From contig OZ316896.1 of NCBI GenBank assembly GCA_973895155.1, forward strand, positions 14,129,542 to 14,193,541: a DNA stretch of 64,000 nucleotides, in the 5' to 3' direction. Below, piece after piece: positions 39,276 through 51,700 of the stretch. Position 1 is the first letter of the stretch; the number at the start of each line of letters is the position of its first letter. The translations under genes were made by a program, and so were the position numbers. Origin of the DNA: Marsupella aquatica (Eukaryota > Plantae > Marchantiophyta). The notes under the pieces are model-generated. The model was not told the origin of the DNA. It saw only the letters and a program-made list of their open reading frames with translations, and did no database searches.

Positions 39276-39287
39276 GCTCTGATACTA
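39276..39287 (-). promoter_or_regulatory. copia PBS, initiator tRNA-Met (TGG>TAG mutated)
   Basis: TAGTATCAGAGC on the minus strand, 2 nt from the 5' LTR. Confidence 0.85.
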
Positions 39288-39289
39288 AT

Positions 39290-39634
39290 TGTTGAGCATA
39301 GACGACAATTGTAACGGCAAGCCCATGAACCATCCAACGCACAAGAGTCAACACAAAGAGATATGTGGTTCACCTCCACATGAGGCTACGTCGACGGGAA
39401 CACACAAGAGCTTTACTGCAATCTAGGCCGACCGGCCATACCAAGCATCCACAACGCAAGCTCTCTCTATCTCTCAACTAGCTCTGTAACAATGAACCTG
39501 AGTTCCCACTCTCCAAGCAAACACCGCTTGGTTATAGAGTGTGCGCAACATGACTAACTTGACCAAGTCTACGACTAAGGTTAACCTTAACTACGGTACA
39601 GTCGTAACTCTAGACCTAAGAGTAAATCCTAACA
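39290..39634 (-). repeat. copia 5' LTR (345 bp)
   Basis: Matches 10495-10839; flanked by TSD CTTAG. Confidence 0.95.
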
Positions 39635-39796
39635 CTTAGGGCATGTCCCTCTTTGTCGTTTTCAGTTATTCTTGAATTGCTATTGAGACAGAGCTTTTCA
39701 GACAATGCTCATCAGTTTAGTACATAGGATTCAGATAGTGATTCATTAGGTGCTCCCAGCATATCTTGGCATCCCGCTGGTTTTCAGTTTGATTTT

Positions 39797-42700
39797 TGTC
39801 ATGTCGTAGGCTTCGGCCTTAACTCAGACTTCAGTTGAGACGGGCACATCCCTCGTAAATCTGAGGGTTCGGGCAGGAAGGGAAGCACGTAATGCACCTT
39901 ATTCTCGTAAACTAGCGCTAAGTGCGCATACTGCTAAATACGGACACCTCCTAGGTATGGTTTGTGTTCCGCCACCGGAACGTACCTTAGTCGATAGCAG
40001 GATCGACCCCGGCTTAAGGGCTTCTAAGCCTTTGTGCTGTCCGCCTTCGATCCGGATTTGATGATACAGGTCCTCAACCCGTGCTCGCAACCACTTACCC
40101 ACAGGCTGCACCCTGTGCACGTCTCGGGTAGTGCGTTCGGCCTGGCGCTGCCACCCATATACAAGAAACCCACACACATATGCGCACACATGCATACAAT
40201 CTCGATTTACACGAAGGAAAATGATGGGAAAGGATTTTACTACAAAGGGAACATATGCGTACACTTAGTTGACCCGACAGCCCTGGAATGAATAGGTTCA
40301 AGGCCGAGGGTGCACACTACAACGGAGCCCGGCTCCGCACTCGCCCGACGAGCTTAGTCCTACCCCCTCCCCTTGGTACTCTGTCATTCCCAGAGGTCGG
40401 GACTCCCCGCATATCCCGCGGATGTCCGACTCTGAAACTAAAAACCCCCCTGCCTCTACCGAGGGGTGCACTAAATACTAAGAGCCGAGGGACGGGGTGT
40501 CCTCTCGCCGAAGATTCGCTGACTAAGGTCCTAACTAAGCTGACAGTCAGGCCGGAAAACGGCTGTGTCTTATTAGAAGATCCTAATCTATGCAGGCTGG
40601 ACAGCAAGGCAGCGCTGCTGTACCTAAGGCAGGTGCCTGTCCCAAGAGCCTGACTAAGCCAATCCTAATCCTAATCTATTCCTACTCCGCCGCTAATGCC
40701 TGGCACGCTTGCCAGAGCCGCCCGAATGGGAACGGCCATCCCGCTGCCTTCGAAGCCTGTCATTGTCCGCTTTGAGGAGCTGGACCTGGTCCAACAGAGA
40801 TTCGTTCTCTCGCCTTGCCGCGTTCGTCTCCTCAGCTGCCTCCTGACATGCCTCCTCTAGCTGCTGGGCGTCGCTCGTCAGTTTACCCGCCAGCTGGTCC
40901 TGCTTCTCGGCCTTGGTTTGGAGCCGCGCCATCTCAGCCTGCAGCGTGGCTATCTCCGCCGTGTCCCGTTGGGCTCGCTCCTCGGCCTCCTCCAGGTCTT
41001 TCTACCAGGTGATAGCTTGTTTCTTCAAACTGTCAATCTGGTTCCGGAGTCGTGTAATCTTGGCCTCGTTCCCAGCTTTGGCCTATTCGGCTAGGGCGGT
41101 AAGAGCGTGCGCCTTTGCTAACAACTCATCGGTGGCTGCAACCTTGGGTCGTAGTTGCAGAAGCTCAGCCTCTTGCGCCGCCACTTCGTTCTTTAGGTAC
41201 ACGGACTCCACCCGGTACCGCTCTATCCTCTGAAGGGCCTCCGACTGGGCCCGACCTGCCTTTACGGCGGCAACCAACTCCTGATTGAAGAAACAGGCTA
41301 CCTTCCGGGCCATGAACTCCCCGGTATCCCGGGAAATTTGATGAGAGAAATCTCCCAGAAGCCCGTTCAGAAACGTACCCTGTACGAAGAGTTCCGGGTG
41401 GTCCAAGTTGTGCCTGTCCGGATTTGGGCACGGGCAGACGTCAACACGCGCGGGGGCCGGGGCAGTGACGTCCAGCCCTGGGGACATAAGGTTGGAAGGG
41501 GCTGGAGTGTCCTCCTGCAGCAATGTCCGGTTCTCCGGAATTGCCACCGGTGGGTCATTGGGAGACCCGGGTTTGGGTAAGACCTGTGCCGTACCAACTT
41601 CTGTACTTAGCCCGACTAGTTGGGTCGCATCAACGGTTGCGACAACCGACCCCTCCGGCGCCTCCTCGGTTACGATTACAGCTATTTGTGGAGGTGGGGT
41701 GGGTGAAGCTGGCGTGTCCGCTGGACTTCGGGCCTCGGGTTGGGGCCGTCTCTCCAATGCCGGAAAAACCCACCTAGCTGGGACCAGCTTTGTAACGTTG
41801 ATGCGGGGAAGGGTTCGTCGATCAAATCGGGCGTACCACTCAAGAATGATTTCGATGTGGCTAGCGAAATACGCCTTCCCGCCAATGTACAGCATCTTCC
41901 TTCGCTGCTCCATCTCTTCATGGAATTTCTTAGTGAAGTACAACGCCCATTTCCTAGGTCGATAGTTCTCGACCTGGATAACCTGGGCGGCGGAGATCTC
42001 CCCCCGGGGTTCCATCATGTGGAGAGCGTACCTTTGGAACTCCAGCCGCTCAGCTATCTCGGGCATGAGGCAGGTCCTCATCACGAACCCGTTGTCTACT
42101 GCTCCCTCTGAGGGAAAACTTGAAGATTGGTACTTGGCCCCCTTGCCCCGGGAGCCCGTGATTCGACTCGATGATCACCTTCAGATAACCCGAAGATCAT
42201 CTTGAGCCGTTCTTCTATGAGGGACATATTCCTTCCCCGCAGCCAAGTCTGTTGACGTACGTCGTCATAATTCTTGACGAATTCTGTCATGTCCTCCCCG
42301 TAGTACCTACAAGTGTTCCAGGGGAGAGAGGTGAGGTGCTCAAATCCCTGAGTCTTCAGGTACACCGCATGCTTGGGTTGGAGGATGTTGCTGTGAACGT
42401 TTTCCCCCATGCGGTGCATCGTCACCTTGGCTACGGCTACCGTGGCCAACGGTAACCCGGATGTAGTGGCGGATTCCTTCCTCTTCTTTCCCCGTGACTG
42501 ACTCGGGGAAGGTGATACTTCCCCATCCTCCCGATCGGGCCTGGGGAGTGCCACTGCCATTGGTAACGGGCCCGGGGCGGCCACGGTCACCATGTTGTCT
42601 GCTGGGGCCGCTCCTCGGGTCAGAGCAGGGGGTGGGGACGATATAGTGTCGGCCCCCCGAGCGCTTGTTCCTCTGGGCCGCCTGGTCAAGGGTGGGGTAG

Positions 42701-43812
42701 CCTCGTCGTCATCGCTAAGATCCACAGCATTGATGACGGAGCGTACCTGTGCTGGCTGGGTGATAGGTGGTGGGGTTTGGCTAGGCTGCGGCTGAGGCTG
42801 AAGCTGAAGCTGAGCCTGAGGTTGAGGCTGGGGTTGCATGGGCACGGGTACGGGTACGGGCATGGCTGAGTTGGTCATGTTGGTTGATGGCCGAGTTCCC
42901 ATGAAGCTCTGCAGGTGCTGGTAGAAGTTCTCCGAAGCGAGTGGGGACGCCCTTGTCGAACGGTTGGTACTGGACTCGCCGTTAATGACAGCCCAAACCC
43001 GGGCAGGGATGTGGTCGAAGTGATGTCGCTGCAGGTCGATTGTACTCGGGATATTGAAGACCTCGTCCGGAAGCCGAAGCAATGCTTCCCAGAACCCGAT
43101 ATATTTGTCTCCGTTGAAGAAGTACCCAGATACCTCTGCTGGTCGGTAAAGCTCGCTCTGAGACGGGTAGTCAAAGTTAAGGACGTAGTGGTGTCGTCCT
43201 GCTAGGCGGATGGCTCTCTCGTATTCGCGTTCGATTTCGTATCGGTGCGGGTTGGCGTGTTTCAATGAATCGGCCAAGTGCCTTCCGGTAGATAGGAACT
43301 GCGTCCAGAATCGAATGGCTGAGCTAGAGAGGATCGTGTGCGACATTCAGAGGAGATAGTAGTGGCGACCTAGAGAGAACGAGAGAGTTGGGGTCAAAGC
43401 TGGCGCGCGGACTGATGGACTGGTGCACTACAAAGGGTTGGCTCCCCTTTTATACTTTGAGGGCTTGCCGATCCCCGACATCTCCTCGACGCCCATAGGC
43501 TGAACCGCTCACGCTTGTGGTGTACCGGCCACTCCGCCGGTCTGAGTCAGCGTGCGTCAGTGGCCGCTTCCTTAAGTTTGTTATACGGACCCGAGGGAGG
43601 GGCCCTTCCACGCTCGTAACCCGGGTGTGCGAATAGCGACCCGCCGCCAGCCCGAACCTGAAGTCCCCCTTATTGCCTAATGATGTCCTACCCCTAATGA
43701 TTACCTAAATACTATCGTTATGCTAATAATAGCGGCCTAAGACCCACCTAACGCGCGTGCCAAGCGCAGTTAGACTGAATTACTCATTAACCGCCGTACC
43801 GGCGGCGTCACA
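39797..43812 (-). mobile_element. 4016-bp solo LTR of family B carrying an LTR-encoded ORF
   Basis: Minus-strand TGTGACG...CATGACA termini, TSD ATTTT (39792-39796 and 43813-43817), TATA-like TATAAAAGGG near 43446-43454 (minus), no gag/pol inside. Confidence 0.85.
40693..43346 (-). pseudogene. family B LTR ORF (~880 codons; one frameshift near 42150, two stops), homolog of the family A LTR protein
   Basis: LPW...MTEFVKNY...WLRGRNMSL...IFGL / SFPSEGAVDNGFVMRTCLMPEIAERLEFQR...PRGEISAAQV aligns with family A LPW...LLEFVGSW...IYGKDFYL...VFGL / SFPGPSTKNGFFRNTCTNPHIGEMIDFLR...PRAEIGKAQV; C-terminal coiled coil. Confidence 0.8.
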
Positions 43813-44162
43813 ATTTTGATACTTTGTTTCTATTACGCCTTTATTCAAGAAGAAATGTCAAGTTAATGGTGAGGAGAAGAAGATCGGAGACATTTTGCTT
43901 CTCAATTGCTCATGGCAATTTTGATCATTTTTGTCCAGGTCATTGCAATTTCTTCGACGAACATTGGAGCGACGGGTTGAAAGTTATGAGGTTTATGTTA
44001 TGTGTATACATATTAATGTGTTCCCGTGGGACCCATATTTTTTGTTTGGCCGTAGCGCGACCTCCTTTTGACCACATTATTAACAACCCTTCGCGACCAT
44101 TTTTTGCCATTTCCCGACCATGGTTGCCGATGAGCCTACCCTGGCCGCAGCGCAATCATCTG

Positions 44163-44859
44163 CATAGGGCCATGTGCCCATTTCCATTTCAACCCCCTCC
44201 TCTTTATGCACGATGTACATAGGGTCGCGTGCCCTCCTCCTTACGCCCTTCAGGCGCACCGCCTCGCCTCGCCTCGACATTCCTCCCCCCATTACATGAT
44301 GTTGTTTGTGCATTGGGCATCATGCCCTAGACTTAATGGCCCCATTTCTTCTCCTTGCCAGTTTCTAGCCTTTCCAGTCGTGGTCTTCCCTTTGCCTCCC
44401 CGTCTGCCTCCCTTCCGACTGCATAGGGCCACGCGCCCATTTTTCTTGCCTCATTTCCGCAGGTGCCTTTGCCCTGTTTCCTTGCCCATTTCTACTCTTC
44501 CTGGCCGTGCTCTTTCCGTTGCTGCATGTTGACCTACATAGGGTCACGTGCCCATTTTTATTGGTGTGCATAGGGCACCGTACCCCGAGTGTGTATACAC
44601 ACTTGACTAGTCCCCACTTTGTCAATTTTTCACCCGACCCGCACCTCCTCTATTTATGGACCCACTAGAGGTCCCTTCCAAAATTCAAGACTCCATAGCA
44701 TGCCACGTCATCATGACACGCTCCAAACAGGTATGGATTGGTTTATAAAATAAAATTACTTCACCTCTCGTGTTTGTGGCAGGATTTTGGTAAAATTGAG
44801 GACGCCATGCCGTAAACCTTGATGTCAAAATTTTTGAAAAATAACCATTTTATTTACCC
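44163..44859. mobile_element. DNA-transposon-like end with subterminal repeats (possibly Mutator-like)
   Basis: About five copies of CATAGGG(C/T)C..G.GCCC between 44163 and 44587; the segment ends in TATTTACCC, a GGGTAAAT-type terminus. No partner TIR was found. Confidence 0.35.
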
Positions 44860-45217
44860 TAGGTAACAGAGTGTTCAATTAGTAGGAGGCCCACCTTCCG
44901 TGTTTTTTACCCTGAATAACCGCTGCCCACCCGCATTTTGAATTGTGTTTCAATTGAATAATAACTAACTCTCTCTTGGCAAGTTGATCTAATGACAAAG
45001 TAATCATGGCAATTTTCTTGACCTTCTGCTGCCATGAAGGAAGAAGTGGACATGATTCTATGTTGGATCACTCAACACTCCTTTCCATGGCGTCATCATT
45101 GCAGTTCCTAACTCGGTGATGCCTCTCGCTACTATTAGATTGTCCAACGCATGAGCACGAGCGAACGAAAGAGAAGCAAGCTTAGCAGGGTTCAGTAAGG
45201 GCCTCGTCTACGTGCAG

Positions 45218-45346
45218 ATGGTGTTGAAGAGCCTGGGCATGAAAGAAGAACATAATTATAAGAAGTGTCAGCAGATGATCAAGGGAGTCGATGCGGATGG
45301 TAATGGGAAGGTGGACTTTCAGGAGTTCAAGGGGTCCATGAACTAA
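45218..45346 (+). pseudogene. calmodulin-like (CML) C-terminal EF-hand gene fragment
   Basis: Translates MVLKSLGMKEEHNYKKCQQMIKGVDADGNGKVDFQEFKGSMN*, with a canonical EF-hand loop DADGNGKVDFQE. No upstream EF-hands are in frame. Confidence 0.8.
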
Positions 45347-46713
45347 TTTTGGTCGTGCTGCCAGAAATCCGGGCCCACATAGGGGCCCGAGGTATACACT
45401 TAAAGGGGGCCCTCCTGCTTTCACGTTTTAGGGGCCCGTTTTCCCCGTATTTCTTTGCATAGGCCGACGTTATGCCTCCTTGGACACTTGGTGGCCACTT
45501 GTCATCCGCAGGGTTATGCCTATCATCCGTAGGGTTACGGTGTCCAAGGAACACGGTTAAGTTTGCGGATGACAGGATTACGGGTTACAAGCAGGCGTAA
45601 CCCTACGGTTTTCAAGGGTCCTTTTTCTCCGTGATAGATTTTCTTTGTGTTTACACATTTTGTACATTTTCAGGACCCTGAGTTACCTGTCATTTTGTTT
45701 GTTTTGGTACACCGGGTACTGCAACACAGTATGTTAGTAGACGAGCTGAGTGGTAACAGCTCATCGCCACCACCACCGAGGTACCACTTACGGAGTGATC
45801 CATGACCGTTGGTGCCAATTTCATTGTAGTCTTGGTCATTTGGACGGCGTTAGCAGACAACAACAGCTCCCATATAGAGGTTTACACCTCCACTACGCAC
45901 ATACCACCCCATTTGCTTTTTTGCAGTTACTTGTAAATGTGATGAGATTTTTTCTTTGCATGTTGGTTGTTAGCGGCTTACACATATGCATTGCAGGTGA
46001 CTTGTATGTTTTCAATACACTATGGCTACCCTTGGGCCCTCACTAAGGGAAATGTAATGAGATATATCTATGACCAAACAAGCCTCCCTAGGTACCCCTT
46101 GTTATATTTGGAGGAATATTTAAATCTATCTTGTTCGTTCTAAAAAGGACTTTTAGTCTTATGTAAAATCCTCCTAGGTTATTATCATTTCCAATATTTT
46201 AGGAATTAAAATACCCAGGTTCATTTGTTATAAAAACAAGGTTTAGGGGATGCATATAAGCGTCTTCTTCACATCGGGCCGTCCATTCTAGGGCAACCTC
46301 CCATTGAACGGCTCCAAGAACCCAAAACCCAGGTCACACCCAAATACAAGAGGGTTGGGGAGGGGGTTTAGGGTTCTCGTGTGAGAACTGGTACGAGAGA
46401 CTGGCCCTGTTACATACCCTAAACCAATGAGTCTCCGACACATGGACCAATCAAATGCTAACACCTATCATGGAGTATTTACAAACCCCACCAGCTAATG
46501 TAATGGGCAACCAAGTTTACAATAGTCTTCATTCCTTCTAACCTAGCTTACGCATACATGGTGTCCTAGTTCATTCTAACCTTGTTCTAATATTATTTTC
46601 AAAATGGATTAAAATACCCGTCGGACGTTCACACGTATGTTTTGTTATTTCATAAGTTGAGGGCCCGGGGATGGCTATGATACTATATGTCACAACATCG
46701 CTATGCAACCTTT

Positions 46714-48799
46714 TGTGACAAGGCCCCAAACCTGGTAGTAACTTAGTGGTGACTTATAATTGTGTATATAAATAGAAAGACAAGTAGATGTAGCAAAAGT
46801 GTTTGGATTTTCAAATGTTTTACCTTTGTTAGTTCTAATAAATTGATGCGATAATCGGAGGCTGGAGTTGAGAGAGGTGTTGGGCGGTGAGGACGACAAT
46901 GGAGGCCAAGGTGGGGGCATCTTGGATGGGTGGGGGCTTGCTGGAGGCTCCATATCAGGCGTAAAACGGGTATAACAACCAAAATATAGAAAACGTTGAA
47001 TCTTAAAATACACATTGCTGCGCTAGTACTATTCCAAACATGGTCAAGTTTGGATTAATTTTGAAGCCCTCAATGAGCCCCATGCAAAATTGGGATTCCA
47101 TAGTTGAGTTTAGGTTTGTAGCAAACAATGGCATCTCGAGAAACCTCAATGCTCGTAAAACGGCAAAACTAAACAAACTTGGAGTAGTGATGGTGGGAGG
47201 GCCCTTAGAAGGAAGGGGTTCCCACACTTGTGTTCCCCTTTCCCATTTCACCCTTTGTGTGGTCCTCACATGGTTTTGCTCCCTCCGTACCGGGCTCCGT
47301 AGAAGGGGCCCCCGCACTTTCTTCCTTCCTTTTTTTTCTCTTTCCTCACTTGTGGGGTTGCCACCTAAACCCTAAACCCTTTCCCTGTTGTGCTTGCTTT
47401 CAACGTGTACGGACCTTGGTTGTACGAACCCTGGTTGTACGAATATTAGATTTTTTACCATCTCAAAATCAGGAGTGTATGAGCTTGTTGGAAAGAGCTC
47501 TCCGAGCTGAATCCAACAACATGTCACACAGCCCAAACGGAGTTAAGATGGTAAAGATACGTTAAATTTTGTTTTGACAATAATTTCTCGACATCGGAGC
47601 CGTACGGACATCCGTACATCCAGCATCCGGAGACCCCAGTTTTTTCTCATAAGTGGAAATGGCAGCAGCAAAGCCGGGGACCCCTGGTATTGTACGGACG
47701 AAATGGTGAGGGACGGTGCCCGTAAAAACTTAAATGATCATATCTTGGCCGTTTGACCTCCGTTTTGTGCGCCGTTTATGGGGCCATGATCAGGAAGAGC
47801 AAGACTCCTCAGATATGTTTTCAGATGTGAATTTTGGAAAAACTATAGTTTCGACAATTGTAGGGGGCCCCTTCTTTTACGGTGGACCGGTGGTGGCAAT
47901 CTGGAGGACTGAGACTGGTAGGCAGGGCAGATAGATAGGATAGGAGGTGGTGGACCTCAGGTGAGTCCCTATTTAGAGGAGTGGTAGTGTGCACGATTGA
48001 AGGCACCGCCGGTCTCCCTTAGGATAGGATAGGATAGGATAGGATAAGTTGGTGATACATGTGTGTGCTGCATGTTTAAGCTAGCTTTTGAGAGTAGCGG
48101 TGCCGCTAGGGTAGCCGCCGTCGTTGTGGTGCCGTGAGGGGTGATTTGGTGTGGTTGGAGTATTTAGGAGAGAGCCCCATAGTGACTCGGGGGTGTTGAG
48201 CATAGACGACAATCGCAATGGCAAGCCCATGAACCATCCAACGCACAAGAGTCGACACAGAGAGATACTTGGTTCACCTCCACATGAGACTACGTCCACG
48301 GGAACACACATGAGCTTTACTTCACTCTAGGCCGATCGGCCATACCAAGCATCCACAATGCAAGCTCTCTCTATCTCTCAACTAGCTCCGTAACAATGAG
48401 CCTGAGTTCCCACTCTCCAAGCAAATACCATTTGGTTATAGAGTGTGCATAGCATGACTAACCTAACCAAGTCTGCGACTAAGGTTAGTCTTACTACGTA
48501 CGATCATAACTCTAGACCTAAGAGTAAATCCTAACAGGGGAGAACTCAGTCTAGTGTTTGTTTAGGGAAGTTATCTCATAGCCAGAAGAGGGAATCTAGC
48601 CAGAGTAGTGAGGTAGAGGCGTAGCACTTGTCCCAGTGAGGCAGGAGTTGGGCAGGCGGCAGGAGGTCGGGTTGCCCTTGCAATGTGTTACGATTTCTTA
48701 CCAAAAGATATGGATTTGGTTTGATTCCTGAAATTTTGGTGTGGCGTTATCTTTTCAGTGTCACGATTGTGTTCTTTCCCAAGAAGTTTCTAAGGAATC
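46714..48799. mobile_element. degenerate LTR-like sequence; boundaries unresolved
   Basis: TGTGACA start, an LTR-type GAATCCAAC...CAAACGGAGTT motif near 47509-47545 and (AGGAT)5 at 48021-48045; hosts later insertions. Confidence 0.35.
48194..48536 (-). mobile_element. copia-family solo LTR (343 bp)
   Basis: Same family and orientation as 10495-10839; flanks GGGGG/GGGGA. Confidence 0.92.
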
Positions 48800-51700
48800 T
48801 GTGATACCTAGCCAGGAATCACTCGGCTAGTTGAAGTGGAAATGGGAAGTGTACCCTAGAAACACCTTAGTATAGTTACAGAAATAAGAAAATATAAACA
48901 ATTAAGGGTGACTATGGAACCCGAGCCAAGGCTGGAAGTAAGGACGCCAGGGGAGAGAACACGATTAGGGTTAGGGCACGATAAATGCCGGCGGCTAGGG
49001 GTCACCAATGGGAGAGAAACGCCGAGGAGGAGAGGGGTAAGGACCGCTCGCGAAGAGTTGTGGCTCATTTGCAGGCACGAACTGGGCAGACGACTACGGG
49101 CGGCCAACTACTATCAGCTGCTTAAGCAAGCACTCGGGGGGGGAGCAGATACCGACTATCAACTCGATAAGGGTATGAGCAACGTCAATCAAGTGGCACA
49201 TTTTTGGGGATGCCTGTTTGAACGGGCAACTGAGTACATTGGGACTTACGAGGACGAAGAATCGGAGAGAGCAGCTCGAGAACGGCAGGAGCTCGCTCGA
49301 TTGTGGGAGCTGTAGAAAGCTACCTTCTTAGGAGGAGAACTCATCAAGGCCGAATTCTTGTGGACTCCTACTACCAATCAACTCGACGACCTTCTGTTTT
49401 GCGAAGACACAGTCGTCGGCATCCGCGAAGCCATCAAACGCTGCAACGACCTACACTGGGAGTTGAAGGGTAGCACGGAGGGGTGGACAAAGGCAACCGT
49501 GCTTGGAGAGACATCCACGGCAGCCGAGATGAAGAGGAAGGGAAGAGGAAGGGAATTAACAACCACGAGGCCACCCCGGCAAAAAGAACGAGGTCGGCGG
49601 CACCAAAGAAACCAGCCGAACAGCAGAGCAGGAGGCAGAGAGAAGCCGAGGAGGAGGAGGTCGACCCCATCAACGCCATTCCAACGAGAGATGACACCTG
49701 GAAAGGCTGGGCGGCGATCCTCCCTGAGGACGTCCAATTACACTTTGCAAGAGAAGAGGATGCATGCTTTACGGCTATGCAGACTCGGAAATATCAGGGC
49801 TTCATGGCCGGATCCGGCTTGGAAGCCTTCGTAAGGTTACCGTGGCTGGAGCCGGAGGTGCCGAATTCAGACTTACTTGAATTCGTGGGATCATGGGAGT
49901 CCGAGACCAATTCCACAAGGGTGTATGGGAAGGAATTCTATTTTACTCCCCAGGTGATTGCCAAAGTATTTGGCTTGCCGATGGGCAATAAGACCAAGGT
50001 AGATACCAGGAAGACCTTGCCAGACACGGAGTTCAGGTCGTTTCCAGGGCCTTCAACAAAGAATGGTTTTTTCTGTAACACTTGCACCAACCCGCATATA
50101 GGAGAGATGATCGATTTCTTGCAGGTGACCATGCATTGCAACTGGCCGAGAGTAGAGATCGGCAAGGCACAGGTCTATCTGGCAGAGAGGCCAGACCCAA
50201 GCCGGGACTACAACGGTTACCTCCTCACTCAACTAAAGAAGATCTTGAAGGAGGAACAGCTGGTGATCGGCAAGGGAAGCGTGTCCCGGCTGGGCTATCA
50301 CATGCCGCTATTGTGCCGGTATGCCCGAAGTAAGACCTTTGCCCCGGTACTTCCCCTACAGGCAAGGGCACCAGAGGAGGTTCCGGAATAGAGGCCGGCA
50401 ACGGAGAAACCTAAACGCCCGACAGTCCTACAATCGAGCAGGTATTTAGGCCAAGGACGGAGGACTTGCCGATGCAGCAACCAGGCATGTAGAATCTGTT
50501 GAAACTGCTGGAGAAAGAAAAGAGAACGGCTACGGCATCGGCAACAACAACAACAACGGCAATGGCAACGGCAACAATATAGGACACTGCTCCAGAGGTA
50601 GGCCTAAACCGGCTTACAAGGGAAAACCCCTTTACTGGAGTCAAGGAGAGAAGGAGGCCGGAACACGAGCCGGGAGTCCGGATGTATGTAGGAGCCTCTA
50701 GTCCTGAAGCCGAAGAGAAGCAGGCCGTAGCTCCCGGCCCCGACAAGGAGAACAAGAGATCAACACGGAAGCCGGAGGAGGAACCAAGACCGGCAAGGTG
50801 AAGTCGTGTTCACAACAAAATCAGGAGAACAGCGGGAGAAGCCGGTAGTCCAAGCCAATGAGGAGGCGGTGGAGGACTACAGCAATGATAACTCCGGCTA
50901 CGGGTCGGATCATCATGTTCCAGGAGTAAGGACATGTGGCCGGTTTATCCCCACACTCCCAAGAGTAGTCCGAGGGGACCCGAGCCAGCAGAGCAGCCCC
51001 GAGTCTCCCCCGCCAGATGTCGCTCCCCCAAGCTTTGACGGCATAAAACAGACGGCGCAGGAATTTCAGGACCGAATGAGGGAGGAAGAGGAGGCAGCCC
51101 TGGCTAGGGAGAAGGATTTACCAGGAGGAGAATGGCCAGAGAACATCAGGCGGCTTGCAGAAAAACGAAGCAGCCCTCCGACCACGATAGAGGAGATCCG
51201 CAAGGCGGCTTGGGAACAAAGGCCGCGGTGGATGATGCCGATGACTTCTACTTCCTCCACCTATGCTAAAAATAGAGCCATGGAGTACGGGGAGATGTGT
51301 GGAGAACTAGCGCTCAGCATCTTTGGGGAGGAGTTGGAGCAGGGACCCTTTTTCCAGAGGGAGATGTTGGAGAAGCGCCATTTAGAAGAAGCGGTGGCCT
51401 TGGAAAGAAGCAAGAAGGACGAGGTCATCCGTCGGCTTAGGGAAAGGGAAGCCAAAATCAAGGACCTAAGGGCGGCCAAGAAAGTCCAAGATGAGCTGCG
51501 GATTAAGCGGCATGAGCTAAATATCATGCAGGGCCAGTTGGATACCGCACAATATGATAATCGGATGATCGAGAATCTACTGACGCGGACCCAAGGAGAG
51601 TTGGCCGATGCGATCAAGGAGCGGGAGAAGTGGAAGCGAGAGCTGAGGAATGCAGAGAAGGCCACATAACAGCCAACAATCGGGCCATGGCGGAGACCCA

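Larger units (their letters stand above)
10495..39634 (-). mobile_element. Ty1/copia LTR retrotransposon (Tnt1/Tork-like), degenerate, split by two gypsy-family insertions
   Basis: Two 345-bp TG..CA LTRs, TSD CTTAG at 10490-10494 and 39635-39639, Met-i PBS and PPT present; domain order gag-PR-INT-RT-RH on the minus strand. Confidence 0.95.
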
